A DNA stretch of 64,000 bases, taken from contig CABXUL010000005.1 in NCBI GenBank assembly GCA_902515395.1, positions 9,958 through 73,957 of the forward strand, in the 5' to 3' direction. Below, one piece after another: positions 1 to 10,410 of the stretch. Below the pieces are notes generated by a model. The model saw nothing but the letters and a program-made list of their open reading frames with translations. It did not search any database and was not told the origin of the DNA. Numbering within the stretch: position 1 is the stretch's first letter; each line of letters starts with the position of its first letter. Source of the stretch: an uncultured Bacteroidota bacterium (GTDB taxonomy: Bacteria > Bacteroidota > Bacteroidia > Flavobacteriales > Flavobacteriaceae). A program made the translations under genes and the position numbers.

Positions 1-591
1 CAAAGATTTGATGAAACACGTGGATTTAAATTTATTTCTTACGCAGTATGGTGGATTCGTCAATCTATTTTACAAGCCCTTGCCGAACAGTCAAGAATTG
101 TTCGCTTACCACTTAATAAAATTGGATCAATTAATAAAATTAATAAAACATATGCTTTTTTAGAGCAGGCCCACGAAAGAGCTCCCTCTGCTGAGGAAAT
201 TGCAAAAGAACTTGACATGACCATTAATGATGTTAAAGAGTCTTTGAAAAACTCTGGAAGGCACGTTTCTATGGATGCTCCCCTAGTTGAGGGAGAGGAC
301 TCAAATCTATACGATGTATTAAATAGTGGAGAGTCGCCTAATCCAGATAAAACCCTTTTACATGAATCCCTGAGAACCGAGATCGAAAGAGCCCTAGAAA
401 CCCTAACTCCTAGGGAAGCTGATGTGGTTAGGCTATATTTCGGTTTAGGTAACCAACATGCAATGACATTAGAGGAAATAGGTGAGACATTCGACTTGAC
501 GAGAGAAAGAGTAAGACAAATTAAAGAAAAAGCAATTAGAAGGTTAAAACACACCTCAAGAAGTAAAATTTTAAAAACTTATTTGGGATAG
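1..591 (+). CDS. rpoD: RNA polymerase primary sigma-70 factor, C-terminal ~196 aa (5' end outside window)
   Basis: Frame 1 is open from base 1 ([40 protein letters not shown], sigma-70 region 2.4/3). It runs into the listed 217..591 ORF with a region 4.2 HTH ([26 protein letters not shown]). Stop at 589-591. Confidence 0.9.
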   Translation, partial: QRFDETRGFKFISYAVWWIRQSILQALAEQSRIVRLPLNKIGSINKINKTYAFLEQAHERAPSAEEIAKELDMTINDVKESLKNSGRHVSMDAPLVEGEDSNLYDVLNSGESPNPDKTLLHESLRTEIERALETLTPREADVVRLYFGLGNQHAMTLEEIGETFDLTRERVRQIKEKAIRRLKHTSRSKILKTYLG

Positions 592-635
592 TTTTTTGGC
601 AAGCTTAGGTTTTCTTTTTTTTTAAAATAGATTAA

Positions 636-1286
636 ATGGGTTTATTAATAGCACCATCAATTTTAGCAGCAGACTTTGGCAATCTTGAAAGAGACTGTAA
701 AATGATCAACGAAAGTCAAGCTGATTGGTTTCATATTGATGTTATGGATGGTGTTTTTGTTCCAAATATTTCCTTTGGAATGCCAGTTCTAAAGTCTATT
801 TCCATTCACGCTAAAAAGCCATTGGATGTCCATCTAATGATAGTTGAGCCTGAGCGATATATTGAGATCTTTGCTGGTTTAGGCAGTAAAATTCTAACTG
901 TCCACTACGAGGCTTCAAAACATCTTCACAGGACTTTACAGTCAATCAAATTTAATGGAATGAAGGCTGGTGTAGCACTAAATCCCCATACACCTGTAAA
1001 ACTTTTGGAAGCAATCATTGATGAAATAGATTTAGTTTGCTTAATGAGTGTAAATCCAGGTTTTGGAGGGCAAAGTTTTATAAGAAACACCTTCGACAAG
1101 GTTAAGGAATTAAAAACATTAATTAATAAAACTAAAGCTTCAACAATTATCGAAATTGATGGTGGTGTAACAAATAAAAATGCAAAAGCTCTTATTGATT
1201 GTGGTGCTGATGTTCTAGTTGCTGGAAGCTATGTGTTTTCCTCAAATGATCCGATAGGCAAAATTGCTAAACTTAAAAATATTTAA
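636..1286 (+). CDS. rpe: Ribulose-phosphate 3-epimerase
   Basis: 216 aa with HIDVMDGVFVPN, MSVNPGFGGQSF and IEIDGG motifs of the Rpe TIM barrel. Confidence 0.9.
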   Translation: MGLLIAPSILAADFGNLERDCKMINESQADWFHIDVMDGVFVPNISFGMPVLKSISIHAKKPLDVHLMIVEPERYIEIFAGLGSKILTVHYEASKHLHRTLQSIKFNGMKAGVALNPHTPVKLLEAIIDEIDLVCLMSVNPGFGGQSFIRNTFDKVKELKTLINKTKASTIIEIDGGVTNKNAKALIDCGADVLVAGSYVFSSNDPIGKIAKLKNI

Positions 1287-1313
1287 AAAAAATTACTTTC
1301 TTTTTTTATGAAT

Positions 1314-2636
1314 TTAAAATTCCGCTCTAAACTGAACTCTCCGGTTAGTAAGCCTTCCCTCCATCGTGTCATTATCTGAAAGAGGTCTTTCTTCCCCATA
1401 ACCTTCTGTTTTTAATCTGTCAGGATTTACTCCTACACTTATTAGATAATCTCTAACAGCATCTGCTCTTCTTTTAGAAAGTTCAAGATTGTCATCTTCT
1501 TCACCGTCACTCGATGTATGTCCTTCAATTATAAGGTTTCCATCAGGGTTATCATCTAAAAGAATTTTAATTTCTATAAGTGCTTCTTTTACAGATTTTC
1601 CTTGAATTCTATGTGATGAAGCTGCGAAATAAATTTGTGTGGATAATTCATTGATAGTAGTTACTATTTCAGAGGAAAGCTCAGGACATCCGCTATTTTC
1701 TGATGTACCTGGTTGATCAGGACATGAATCAATATTATCTGTAATAGTATCTCCGTCAGTATCAGGCCACGGACAACCTTCATTTTGAGGATCCCCCAAT
1801 TCATCAGGGCATTTATCCTCTCCATCAATAACACCGTCTTGATCTGAGTCAGGGCACCCATTAAGTTCTTTTAGACCCGCCTCATTTGGACAAGAATCAT
1901 TTTTATCAATTACCCCGTCATTATCATTATCAGGGCATCCATTAAGCTCAATTAAGCCAAAATCTTCTGGGCAACCATCTTTATTGTCGGGAATTGAATC
2001 TCCATCAGTATCTGGACAACCTTCAAACTCCTTTAAACCAGCGATTTCAGGGCATTTATCTTTTTTATCTTTTATTCCATCTTTATCTGAGTCACGTCCT
2101 CCAAAATTAAAACTTAAAGCGGCTACGTTTTGAAGGTGATTGAAACTCCCATTTTCACTTGAAGACCTATAAGTAGATAAAAGTTTTAAGGAAAATTTTT
2201 GAGTAAAAAAGATATCAAAACCAATTCCAGCAAAAATTGTCCTCCCAGCACTCCTTGAGGGAAAATACCCATCTGCATCTGGATCATTTTCAAAATTAGA
2301 TAACCCATAGCCACCAATTATAAAAGGAATAAACTTTTTGTTGGATAGGTTATATTTTAAAAAACCGTCAATTGATACATAATCTTTTGTTAGATTATTA
2401 ATTTTAGCTTTTCCAATGTTGTATTGCGTACCAATTGAAAATCCACCCTTAATATGTCTTGAGACACCAATGTGTGGAAATCCAAATCCCATCTCAGATT
2501 CAATATTACTTTCATTCATTAAACCAACAGTATTAACTCCAAATCCTAAAGACCAGGGATTGTTTGGAGTTTGGGTGTATGAAAAAGTAAAAGTGAAAAT
2601 TAATAAAGTATAGGAAATTAATGATTTGAATTTCAT
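1314..2636 (-). CDS. OmpA-family outer membrane protein with thrombospondin type-3 Ca-binding repeats
   Basis: Signal peptide and a beta-barrel-like N-terminus. About seven Asp-rich repeats follow (GCPD.D.DG..D..D.CP). C-terminal OmpA/MotB domain ([21 protein letters not shown]). Confidence 0.85.
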   Translation of the reverse strand: MKFKSLISYTLLIFTFTFSYTQTPNNPWSLGFGVNTVGLMNESNIESEMGFGFPHIGVSRHIKGGFSIGTQYNIGKAKINNLTKDYVSIDGFLKYNLSNKKFIPFIIGGYGLSNFENDPDADGYFPSRSAGRTIFAGIGFDIFFTQKFSLKLLSTYRSSSENGSFNHLQNVAALSFNFGGRDSDKDGIKDKKDKCPEIAGLKEFEGCPDTDGDSIPDNKDGCPEDFGLIELNGCPDNDNDGVIDKNDSCPNEAGLKELNGCPDSDQDGVIDGEDKCPDELGDPQNEGCPWPDTDGDTITDNIDSCPDQPGTSENSGCPELSSEIVTTINELSTQIYFAASSHRIQGKSVKEALIEIKILLDDNPDGNLIIEGHTSSDGEEDDNLELSKRRADAVRDYLISVGVNPDRLKTEGYGEERPLSDNDTMEGRLTNRRVQFRAEF

Positions 2637-2679
2637 TTTAAGTGATTTTTAGTTTAGATATTATTTAAAAAACAATTAT

Positions 2680-2711
2680 AAATTTAACATTTAAATTTAA
2701 CATTTAAATTT
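2680..2711. repeat. 13-bp tandem direct repeat, AAATTTAACATTT x2 plus a 6-nt third partial copy
   Basis: Read directly: 2680-2692 and 2693-2705 are identical, and 2706-2711 repeats the first 6 nt. It lies 44-75 nt upstream of the OmpA-family start codon (2636, minus strand). Confidence 0.6.
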
Positions 2712-2746
2712 TTAAAAAATTTTAAAGTAAGTCCTATTTAAACAAC

Positions 2747-4537
2747 TTAATCGTTGAAATTCATTGCAGTATCAATGAGTGCTAGATGTGAATATGCTTG
2801 AGGGAAATTTCCTAGAAGACGTTTCGATTTAAAGTCAATGTCTTCACTAAAGAGTCCTAAATGATTACTGTAAGATAATAACTGGTCAAACATTAATTTT
2901 GATTTTTCTTTCTCACCAATTTTGTAAAGGCTATTGATAAACCAGAATGTACAAACGGTAAATGATGAGCTTGGGGTACCAAAATCATCAACATTTTTAT
3001 ATCTAAATAACAGCCCTTCGTGTGAGAGTTCTTTTTCTATAGCTTTTACAGTTTTAACATACCTAATGTCCTTTGCGTCAATAAATCCGTATGGTTCCAT
3101 CAATAATACAGATGCATCCAAATGAGATGTGCCATAGGATTGGGTAAATGCTTGTTTTTCATCACTCCATGCATTATCAATAATATCATTATAAATTTCA
3201 GTCCTTAAAGATTCCCATTTCTTAGCTGATTTACCACCTTGAATTAACTCGGAGATTTTAATTGCACGGTCAACGGCAACCCAGCATAAAAGCTTTGAAA
3301 AAGTGAAATGCTGGTCCTCCTGCCTAAATTCCCAAATTCCTTTATCCGGCATTTTCCAATTATTATCAACTACCCAAACTATATTCTTAACAATAGACCA
3401 AAGTTCCTCATGTTTGTCATTCTTATCTATGTATTTTTCTATTTGATAGTGAATTGCGTCAACCAAAATGCCATATATGTCATTTTGCTTCTGTATAAAT
3501 GCAGCATTACCAACTCTAACAGGACTTGAATTTTTATATCCAGATAGATGATTCAAAGTTTCTTCGGTTAACATTTTTTCTCCATTAATACCATACATAA
3601 TTTGGAGTTTTTCATTTTTATCTGGAATAATATTTAAAATAAAATCAATAAACTTTTTTACAATTTTAACGTGTCCTAATTTTGTAATTACTTTTATAAC
3701 CATTGAAGCATCACGAATCCAGCAAAATCTGTAATCCCAGTTTCTAACTTCCCCAATTGTCTCTGGCAGTGAAGTGGTTGCTGCAGCAAGTACGGCTCCA
3801 GTTTTTTCAAATGTTAATAATTTTAATGTCATAGCGCTCCTTAATATTTGAGAATTATAATTCTCATAACTGGGAGTTTTAAAACACCAGTTGAGCCAGT
3901 AAACCTTTGTCCTCTCAAGTTCGAAATTAACATGCCCTAAACTTGGGGGATTGATTTTTTCATTATAGGAAATTGAAAGGAAATAATCTCTATCAAGAGA
4001 AATTTCTGATGATTCTAAAATACTTTTTTTATTCAGATCAGTATATAAATATAGCGTATCATATCTTTCCTCATTTACGACACTTACAATAAAATCGTTT
4101 TTTTCGTAATTATTAGTTTTCCCAATGGAATACTCAAGTTTTGGATCGTATAAAATTTTTAATTTTGGATTCCCTTTGATAAGTTTTAAAATTCTACAAA
4201 TCTCCGGGGGAGCATAATAAACGCCATTTTCCTTTTGAAATCTAGGCATGTAATCCAGCAATTCAAATGAATCTAAACCATTATCAAATTTAGTTTTTAA
4301 AATACAAGTTTTATCTAAGTATTTCTGGGTAATTTTATAACTCTTATCACATGAAATCTTAAATGATCCACCTATTTTTTCATCTAGAATTTTACCAAAA
4401 ACTGAAGGAGAATCAAATTGTGGTAAACAACACCAATCTATTGAAGAATCCTCATTTATAAGGGCAGATGACTTACAATTTCCTATAATTCCATAATTTA
4501 GGTTATCCAATTTAGGTTGCAGCTTGTTTAAATCCAT
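2747..4537 (-). CDS. Glycoside hydrolase family 15 protein (glucoamylase/trehalase-like)
   Basis: 596 aa. The N-terminus YGIIGNCKSSALI..SIDWCCLPQFDSPSVF and the motif RFCWIRDAS are typical of bacterial GH15 proteins. No signal peptide, so probably cytoplasmic. Confidence 0.85.
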   Translation of the reverse strand: MDLNKLQPKLDNLNYGIIGNCKSSALINEDSSIDWCCLPQFDSPSVFGKILDEKIGGSFKISCDKSYKITQKYLDKTCILKTKFDNGLDSFELLDYMPRFQKENGVYYAPPEICRILKLIKGNPKLKILYDPKLEYSIGKTNNYEKNDFIVSVVNEERYDTLYLYTDLNKKSILESSEISLDRDYFLSISYNEKINPPSLGHVNFELERTKVYWLNWCFKTPSYENYNSQILRSAMTLKLLTFEKTGAVLAAATTSLPETIGEVRNWDYRFCWIRDASMVIKVITKLGHVKIVKKFIDFILNIIPDKNEKLQIMYGINGEKMLTEETLNHLSGYKNSSPVRVGNAAFIQKQNDIYGILVDAIHYQIEKYIDKNDKHEELWSIVKNIVWVVDNNWKMPDKGIWEFRQEDQHFTFSKLLCWVAVDRAIKISELIQGGKSAKKWESLRTEIYNDIIDNAWSDEKQAFTQSYGTSHLDASVLLMEPYGFIDAKDIRYVKTVKAIEKELSHEGLLFRYKNVDDFGTPSSSFTVCTFWFINSLYKIGEKEKSKLMFDQLLSYSNHLGLFSEDIDFKSKRLLGNFPQAYSHLALIDTAMNFND

Positions 4538-4569
4538 AAATTGTATTTAGTATTTTATTTAAACGGTTT

Positions 4570-6774
4570 ATGGCTAAAAATGTTATAGTTTCTAATCGAC
4601 TACCTCTTCAAATAACGAAGTTAGATAATTCTTTTGAATTTACGCCAACTAGTGGGGGATTAGCGACAGGCATGAACTCTGTTCACAAGGATCAAGAATC
4701 CCTATGGATAGGCTGGCCAGGAATCAATGATGAGCAGATTGATAATAAGTCGTGGGGGCCGTTAAAGAAATCACTAAAAAAAGAGGGCTTTTTTCCTGTA
4801 TCACTAAATAATACAGAAATTGAAAATTTTTATTTTGGGCTATCAAATAAATCACTTTGGCCGCTTTTTCACTACTTTATTGAGTTTTCAGTTTTCAGCG
4901 AAGATCAGTGGATCTCGTATTATGAAGTAAATAAGAAATTTGCTGATAGTGTTCTTAAGAATATTGAAAAAGGAGACACGGTATGGATTCATGATTACCA
5001 ACTCCTTCTTTGCCCAAAAATGATCAAAGACGCAAGACCTGATATTACAATAGGTTTTTTTCTGCATATTCCATTCCCTTCCTTTGAAATTTTTAGAATT
5101 TTTCCATGGAGAGAACCACTTTTAAAGGGGATGCTTGGTGCAGATCTTATAGGGTTCCACACCTATGATTATGAGCGTCATTTTTTAAGCTCCGTCAAAA
5201 GAATTTTAAAAAAAGATGTTTCATTTAATCGTGTAAGTTTAGGGAATCGTGAAGTCGTGGTCAATACCTTTCCAATGGGTATTGATTATAATAAGTTTAA
5301 AAATGCTGCTTTGACTCATAAAGACATGAAACAAGCGGAAAAATCTGATTTAAAAAAACAACTTGAACTACATAAAAAAGGTGCTGAAAAAGGTAAACTA
5401 ATTCTTTCCATCGACCGCCTAGATTATACTAAAGGGGTAATCAATAGGATTAAAGCTTTTGAACTTTTCTTGACTAAGTATCCCGAATACCTTGAAAAAG
5501 TAAGATTGGTAATGCTAACCGTTCCTTCTCGCTCCAGCGTATCAGAATATCAACGGCTGAAAAAGGAAACCGACGAGATTGTTGGAAGAGTAAATGGAAA
5601 ATTCGCTACAGTCAATTGGACGCCCATATGGTATTATTATCGAGCTATGGCTTTTGATGATCTTATTGATCTTTATATGACCTCAGATATTGGAATGATT
5701 ACTCCCGTTCGGGATGGAATGAATTTGGTAGCCAAAGAATTTGTTGCAACTAGAATTAGTGGTGATGGTGTTCTGATTTTAAGTGAAATGGCAGGAGCAT
5801 CAAAAGAGTTGTATGAGGCATTGATGGTAAATCCATTTGACTTGAACCAAATGGCCGAGTCTATTTTGACCGCTATAAATATGCCTATTGAAGAACAGAA
5901 AAAAAGGAATTTCAGCATGCAAAAGCGTCTAAGTCGATATTCAGTTGAACTTTGGGCCAATGAGTTTATGAAGTCATTGAAATCAAAACCTGCTTTGGAT
6001 GACGAATACTCTGCTAAAGTAATTAATAAAGAAATTAAACAGATTCTGATTAAAAAATTTAAATCTTCGAAAAGAAGAATGATATTATTAGACTATGATG
6101 GAACTTTAGTGGACTTTCATGATGACCCAGAATTGGCTCAACCTGAAGAAAGTTTAATATCACTTATAAAAGAACTCTCTGAAATACCCAACACAGATTT
6201 GGCGATTGTGAGTGGAAGGGATCAATATTTTTTAGATCAATGGTTTGGCCACCTCTCTATAGCTATGGTAGCAGAACATGGATATTTTATGAAATTTAAA
6301 AAAGGGGGGTGGACAAGAAAAGGAGTCAACCAAAAAAAATGGCAAGATGATATAATGCCCTTATTGGAGACTTTTACCGACCGAACTCCAGGTACTTTTA
6401 TCGAAGAGAAAAGAAATAGTTTGGTTTGGCATTACAGAAAAACCGATCCTGAGCTAGCAGCGGAGAGAGTTGTTGAGTTAAAAACAGTATTGAGCAGTCT
6501 TATCTCAGATGACCTTAATATTCTTGATGGAGACAAGGCGATTGAAGTTGCCTTTGGAAGATTTAATAAGGGTACAGCTGTTTCAGAAATTATAAGTGAT
6601 AAAAATCTAGATTTCATTATTTGCTTTGGCGATGACGTTACTGATGAGTTCATGTTTAATGACCTTCCCCAACATGCAATCACAATTAAAGTTGGAAGAA
6701 AGAAAACTCAAGCTAAGTATTTTATCGAAAACCCTATTGTGGTCAAAGACTTTTTAGCTGGCTTAATAACTTAG
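4570..6774 (+). CDS. otsA: Bifunctional trehalose-6-phosphate synthase (GT20) / trehalose-phosphatase fusion
   Basis: 734 aa. N-terminal GT20 motifs (VSNRLP, LWPLFHY, VWIHDYQL, GFFLHIPFPS, TPVRDGMNLVAKE). C-terminal HAD phosphatase motifs (LLDYDGTL, FGDDVTDE). Confidence 0.9.
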   Translation: MAKNVIVSNRLPLQITKLDNSFEFTPTSGGLATGMNSVHKDQESLWIGWPGINDEQIDNKSWGPLKKSLKKEGFFPVSLNNTEIENFYFGLSNKSLWPLFHYFIEFSVFSEDQWISYYEVNKKFADSVLKNIEKGDTVWIHDYQLLLCPKMIKDARPDITIGFFLHIPFPSFEIFRIFPWREPLLKGMLGADLIGFHTYDYERHFLSSVKRILKKDVSFNRVSLGNREVVVNTFPMGIDYNKFKNAALTHKDMKQAEKSDLKKQLELHKKGAEKGKLILSIDRLDYTKGVINRIKAFELFLTKYPEYLEKVRLVMLTVPSRSSVSEYQRLKKETDEIVGRVNGKFATVNWTPIWYYYRAMAFDDLIDLYMTSDIGMITPVRDGMNLVAKEFVATRISGDGVLILSEMAGASKELYEALMVNPFDLNQMAESILTAINMPIEEQKKRNFSMQKRLSRYSVELWANEFMKSLKSKPALDDEYSAKVINKEIKQILIKKFKSSKRRMILLDYDGTLVDFHDDPELAQPEESLISLIKELSEIPNTDLAIVSGRDQYFLDQWFGHLSIAMVAEHGYFMKFKKGGWTRKGVNQKKWQDDIMPLLETFTDRTPGTFIEEKRNSLVWHYRKTDPELAAERVVELKTVLSSLISDDLNILDGDKAIEVAFGRFNKGTAVSEIISDKNLDFIICFGDDVTDEFMFNDLPQHAITIKVGRKKTQAKYFIENPIVVKDFLAGLIT

Positions 6775-6837
6775 TCAAATTACATAGTATTTTTTTTATT
6801 GACTCATAATTGATATTTTAATACTTTAAAAAATCAA

Positions 6838-7527
6838 ATGATTAGTAGAAGTACTTTCATTAAACTAACAACTTTGGGCCCAATTGGAGCAATAGTATCA
6901 TCTTATCAATTTTTAAATGATATAAACAATTTGCCAAAAGTCTTAATTCTAGGAGATTCCATTTCCATCGGGTATTATCCGTTCGTCAAAAAGGCCCTTT
7001 TGAAAAAAGTCAACATTCACCGACCCTTATTACCTAATGGCGGATTCGAAAACTGTGCTGGAACTTCAAAAGGTCTTAAAAATATATCTAAGTGGTTGGG
7101 AGATAATACCTGGGATTTGATTCATTTCAACTTTGGGCTTCACGATATTAAACATGTAAATCCAATAAACGGAAAAAACAGCAATAGTTTTGATGACCCA
7201 CATCAAGCTTCCCCAAAACAATATAAAAATAACCTCGAAAAAATCGTTAAAACATTAAAAAAAACTAAGGCAAAATTGATTTTTGCAACTACAACACCAT
7301 ACCCAAATAGTAAGCTAAAACCAGCTAGAAAACCTGGTATGCACGAACTTTACAATAAAGTTGCCTTAAATGTAATGAAAAAATACAATGTCAAAATAAA
7401 TGACCTTCACAGTTTTGTACTTCCTAGAATGGATGAATTACAACGTCCTTATAATGTTCACTTTTCAAAATATGGTAGTGAAGAATTGGCTAAGGTAGTT
7501 GTCAAATCAATACTTCAAAATTTATAG
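6838..7527 (+). CDS. SGNH/GDSL-type hydrolase (probable carbohydrate esterase)
   Basis: 229 aa with a hydrophobic N-terminus, block I VLILGDSIS (Ser nucleophile) and block III-like FNFGLHD. First gene of a tightly packed plus-strand unit. Confidence 0.7.
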   Translation: MISRSTFIKLTTLGPIGAIVSSYQFLNDINNLPKVLILGDSISIGYYPFVKKALLKKVNIHRPLLPNGGFENCAGTSKGLKNISKWLGDNTWDLIHFNFGLHDIKHVNPINGKNSNSFDDPHQASPKQYKNNLEKIVKTLKKTKAKLIFATTTPYPNSKLKPARKPGMHELYNKVALNVMKKYNVKINDLHSFVLPRMDELQRPYNVHFSKYGSEELAKVVVKSILQNL

Positions 7528-7536
7528 TGATTATTC

Positions 7537-8787
7537 ATGTCAATAATTAAAATATTCGTAGTCCTAATTTTGCTAATATTTTCAATTTCGGCTAATGGGC
7601 AAAAAACAGATAAAAAACCAGTAATGAATTCGGTTGATTTCCCTAATTTTTTTGGACCAATTCAGTTAACAGACAAACCATATGAACATTTTTTTGCAAG
7701 TTATTATGGAATAAACTCGTTTAGTGCTAATGAGCAATACGCCACTGTATTAAGAACAACTATAAAGGATCATTTACCAAATGAAAATGAGCCTGCTACC
7801 TTAGGCATAGTTGATATTAGAAAAAAATCATTCATTCCAATTACAAAAACTCACGCATGGAATTTTCAGCAAGGATGTATGGCACACTGGTTATCAACTA
7901 ATCCAGATTCTTTAATAATTTATAATGATTTAAGAAAAGGTAAATTTGTCTCGGTTATTCTAAATGTACATACTAAAAAAGAAAAAAAAGTAATTCCTTA
8001 TCCAATTAGCGCGGTATCTCCGAATGGAAAAGAAGCAATAAGTATTAATTTTTCACGCCTAAGAGCCACAAGGGATTCCTATGGATATGGAGGTGATGGA
8101 CAAGAATCTAAAATAAAAAAAGTATACCCAAAAGATGATGGTTTATTTTTAATTAACCTAGAAAATGGAGTAGCTAAATTGATCGTTTCTCTTTTTGATG
8201 TTGAAAAATATATGCCAAAAATTAAAGAAAACAGCATTGCATATTTTAACCACACTTTATTTAGCAGAAAAGGTTCAAAAATATTTTGGCTATCTAGAGC
8301 AAAACCTATTGGTTTAAATACAACTGCTTTTACAGTTGATCGAATTGGGACTAATTTAAAAGCATGTTTTCCCAATGGATGGGGTGGTTCTCATTTTGAT
8401 TGGCTAAACGATAAGGAGCTGATGATCAGTGCAAAATATAATAAAAAAATGTACGGTCATATTATATTTGATGTTGATAAAAAAAACTACAAACGCTTAG
8501 GAAAAGGACTACTAGACTATGACGGACATGGAACTTTTTCACCTGACGAAAAATGGATGGTAACAGATACTTATCCCAAAAATGAGATGAAGGAGCAAAA
8601 AATATATCTTATGGATATGAAGACAGAGGCAGTGATCTCATTGGGACGTTTTCAAAATGATCCAGCCTATAAAAAAGACTGGCGCTGTGATCTTCATTGT
8701 CGTTGGAGCCCCTCTGGAAAAATTATTGGTTTTAATTCGACACACAACGGAACCAGACAGGTTTATATTTTTAAATTAAATCAATAA
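7537..8787 (+). CDS. Secreted hypothetical protein, probable TolB/PL22-like beta-propeller, function unassigned
   Basis: 416 aa with a clear signal peptide (IFVVLILLIFSISANGQ). C-terminal blade-like segments (GHGTFSPDEKWMVTDTYP, DLHCRWSPSGKIIGFNSTHNGTRQVYIFKL). No catalytic motif recognised. Spacing to neighbours is 9 nt and 0 nt. Confidence 0.45.
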   Translation: MSIIKIFVVLILLIFSISANGQKTDKKPVMNSVDFPNFFGPIQLTDKPYEHFFASYYGINSFSANEQYATVLRTTIKDHLPNENEPATLGIVDIRKKSFIPITKTHAWNFQQGCMAHWLSTNPDSLIIYNDLRKGKFVSVILNVHTKKEKKVIPYPISAVSPNGKEAISINFSRLRATRDSYGYGGDGQESKIKKVYPKDDGLFLINLENGVAKLIVSLFDVEKYMPKIKENSIAYFNHTLFSRKGSKIFWLSRAKPIGLNTTAFTVDRIGTNLKACFPNGWGGSHFDWLNDKELMISAKYNKKMYGHIIFDVDKKNYKRLGKGLLDYDGHGTFSPDEKWMVTDTYPKNEMKEQKIYLMDMKTEAVISLGRFQNDPAYKKDWRCDLHCRWSPSGKIIGFNSTHNGTRQVYIFKLNQ

Positions 8788-10410
8788 ATGGATAAGCAAA
8801 TTACTTTAATAACACTTATAATTTCCTCATGGATTTTTGCTCAGGACAATAGTTTTATTATCAAAGTAAATCAAGTAATCGGAAAAAATACAGAGTTTTG
8901 GAAAGCCGCTGGGTCAGATCATTTATTCTATCATAGTTTAAAGCCTGCTGGCCAGTTTTTACTTAAGAGAATGGCAGAAAAAGGATCTCACCGTTATTTA
9001 AGATCACATCATACCTTTAATAAAGATTTAAAACATGGGGTGATTAGGGGACAAAATGTCTACAGTGAAGACCAAGATGGGAAACCCATTTATGATTTTT
9101 CAAACATTAATAAAGTTTTTAAATCCTATGTAGAAAACGGAATAAAACCTATTGTAGAATATGATTACTTACCAGAATTATTAATCAATAACGTAGTTGA
9201 ATCTTCAAAGGGAAATGACGAGGGTATGACAATAATAAATGCTGGACCAAATGATTGGAAAAAATGGTCAGACCTTATGAAAGCCATAACCCAAAATTTT
9301 ATTGATGAATTTGGAATTGAAGAAGTCCGTAGTTGGTTTTTTGAGGTTTGGAATGAACCAGATGGGTGGCCTAATGAACAATTAGAAATTTTTTACAAAA
9401 TGTATGATGTATTTGTAGATGCTGTTAAATCTGTCGACTCAGAGCTTCGCGTTGGTGGACCTGCATGTTACCATGAATATTTTTTAAAGTCATTCCTCAA
9501 TCATGTAACTAATGGAATTAATTATGTAACAGGCAAAAAAGGAACACAAATTGATTTTATTTCCTATCACATATATGGACTTTCAGGAAAATGGTTAAAT
9601 AAAGCCCCTCATATTGAACCTCAGGTCCAGCGTTTTACTCTTTCTGTCTTGTGGTTACAAAGATTACTAAAATTATTTCCTTCTCTCCAAGGGACAGCAT
9701 TTCATATAAACGAATGGGGACTTTCTTCAAATTATTTTCGAACAGTTAAGGATTATCCTGATCTAATCTACAGGAACTCAATTAGTTCACCGCTATTTCT
9801 TTTCAAGTTAGTTAACTCGCTATATGAAATTGAAGATAATTACAAATTTCCAACTTCATTACTACTTTATTGGGGGTTCTCTTGGGAAGCCGATGAGGAT
9901 GAATTTTTTGTCGGAAAAAGAGAGCTACTTACCGCAGGAAATGTTCCAAAACCTATTCAAACAGGTTTCGAAATGATGGCTCTCTTAAAAGAAAATCGTA
10001 TTAAGGTCATAAAAGCGAAAAAAGACAGTAGATTTGGACTGATCGCTACGAAATCTGAAAAAGAAATTGTTCTACTGACTTATAATTATGAGGAATCAGA
10101 ATCAGAGAAAATAACAGGAAATGATGAAATCAAGATAGAACTAAATGGATTAAAAAAAAGTACCTCTTATCAAATTAAAACAATAATATTGGACAAAGAA
10201 AACAATAATACTTTCCAAAAATGGATAGAGGTGGGAAGTCCAAAAAATTCAAAATCAACTAATCTATCTCAAATAAAAAAAGCTGGAAACCTATCCTACA
10301 ATAAAATTATAAATTTTAAAACTGATGATGAAGGAAAAATAAGTTTTGATCTACCTCTAATGAAAAGATCTGCTATGCTTATGATTATTAAAATGAACCA
10401 AATTCCGTGA
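8788..10410 (+). CDS. Glycoside hydrolase, clan GH-A, GH39-like
   Basis: 540 aa with a signal peptide. WFFEVWNEPDGW (acid/base Glu region) followed by LRVGGPAC closely resembles GH39 beta-xylosidase/iduronidase-type proteins. Confidence 0.7.
   Translation: MDKQITLITLIISSWIFAQDNSFIIKVNQVIGKNTEFWKAAGSDHLFYHSLKPAGQFLLKRMAEKGSHRYLRSHHTFNKDLKHGVIRGQNVYSEDQDGKPIYDFSNINKVFKSYVENGIKPIVEYDYLPELLINNVVESSKGNDEGMTIINAGPNDWKKWSDLMKAITQNFIDEFGIEEVRSWFFEVWNEPDGWPNEQLEIFYKMYDVFVDAVKSVDSELRVGGPACYHEYFLKSFLNHVTNGINYVTGKKGTQIDFISYHIYGLSGKWLNKAPHIEPQVQRFTLSVLWLQRLLKLFPSLQGTAFHINEWGLSSNYFRTVKDYPDLIYRNSISSPLFLFKLVNSLYEIEDNYKFPTSLLLYWGFSWEADEDEFFVGKRELLTAGNVPKPIQTGFEMMALLKENRIKVIKAKKDSRFGLIATKSEKEIVLLTYNYEESESEKITGNDEIKIELNGLKKSTSYQIKTIILDKENNNTFQKWIEVGSPKNSKSTNLSQIKKAGNLSYNKIINFKTDDEGKISFDLPLMKRSAMLMIIKMNQIP

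Noticed and set aside
60-554. 164-aa ORF antisense to rpoD
   Set aside because: It lies entirely inside, and opposite, the strongly conserved sigma-70 frame. It is low-complexity with no motif, which is typical of a shadow ORF.
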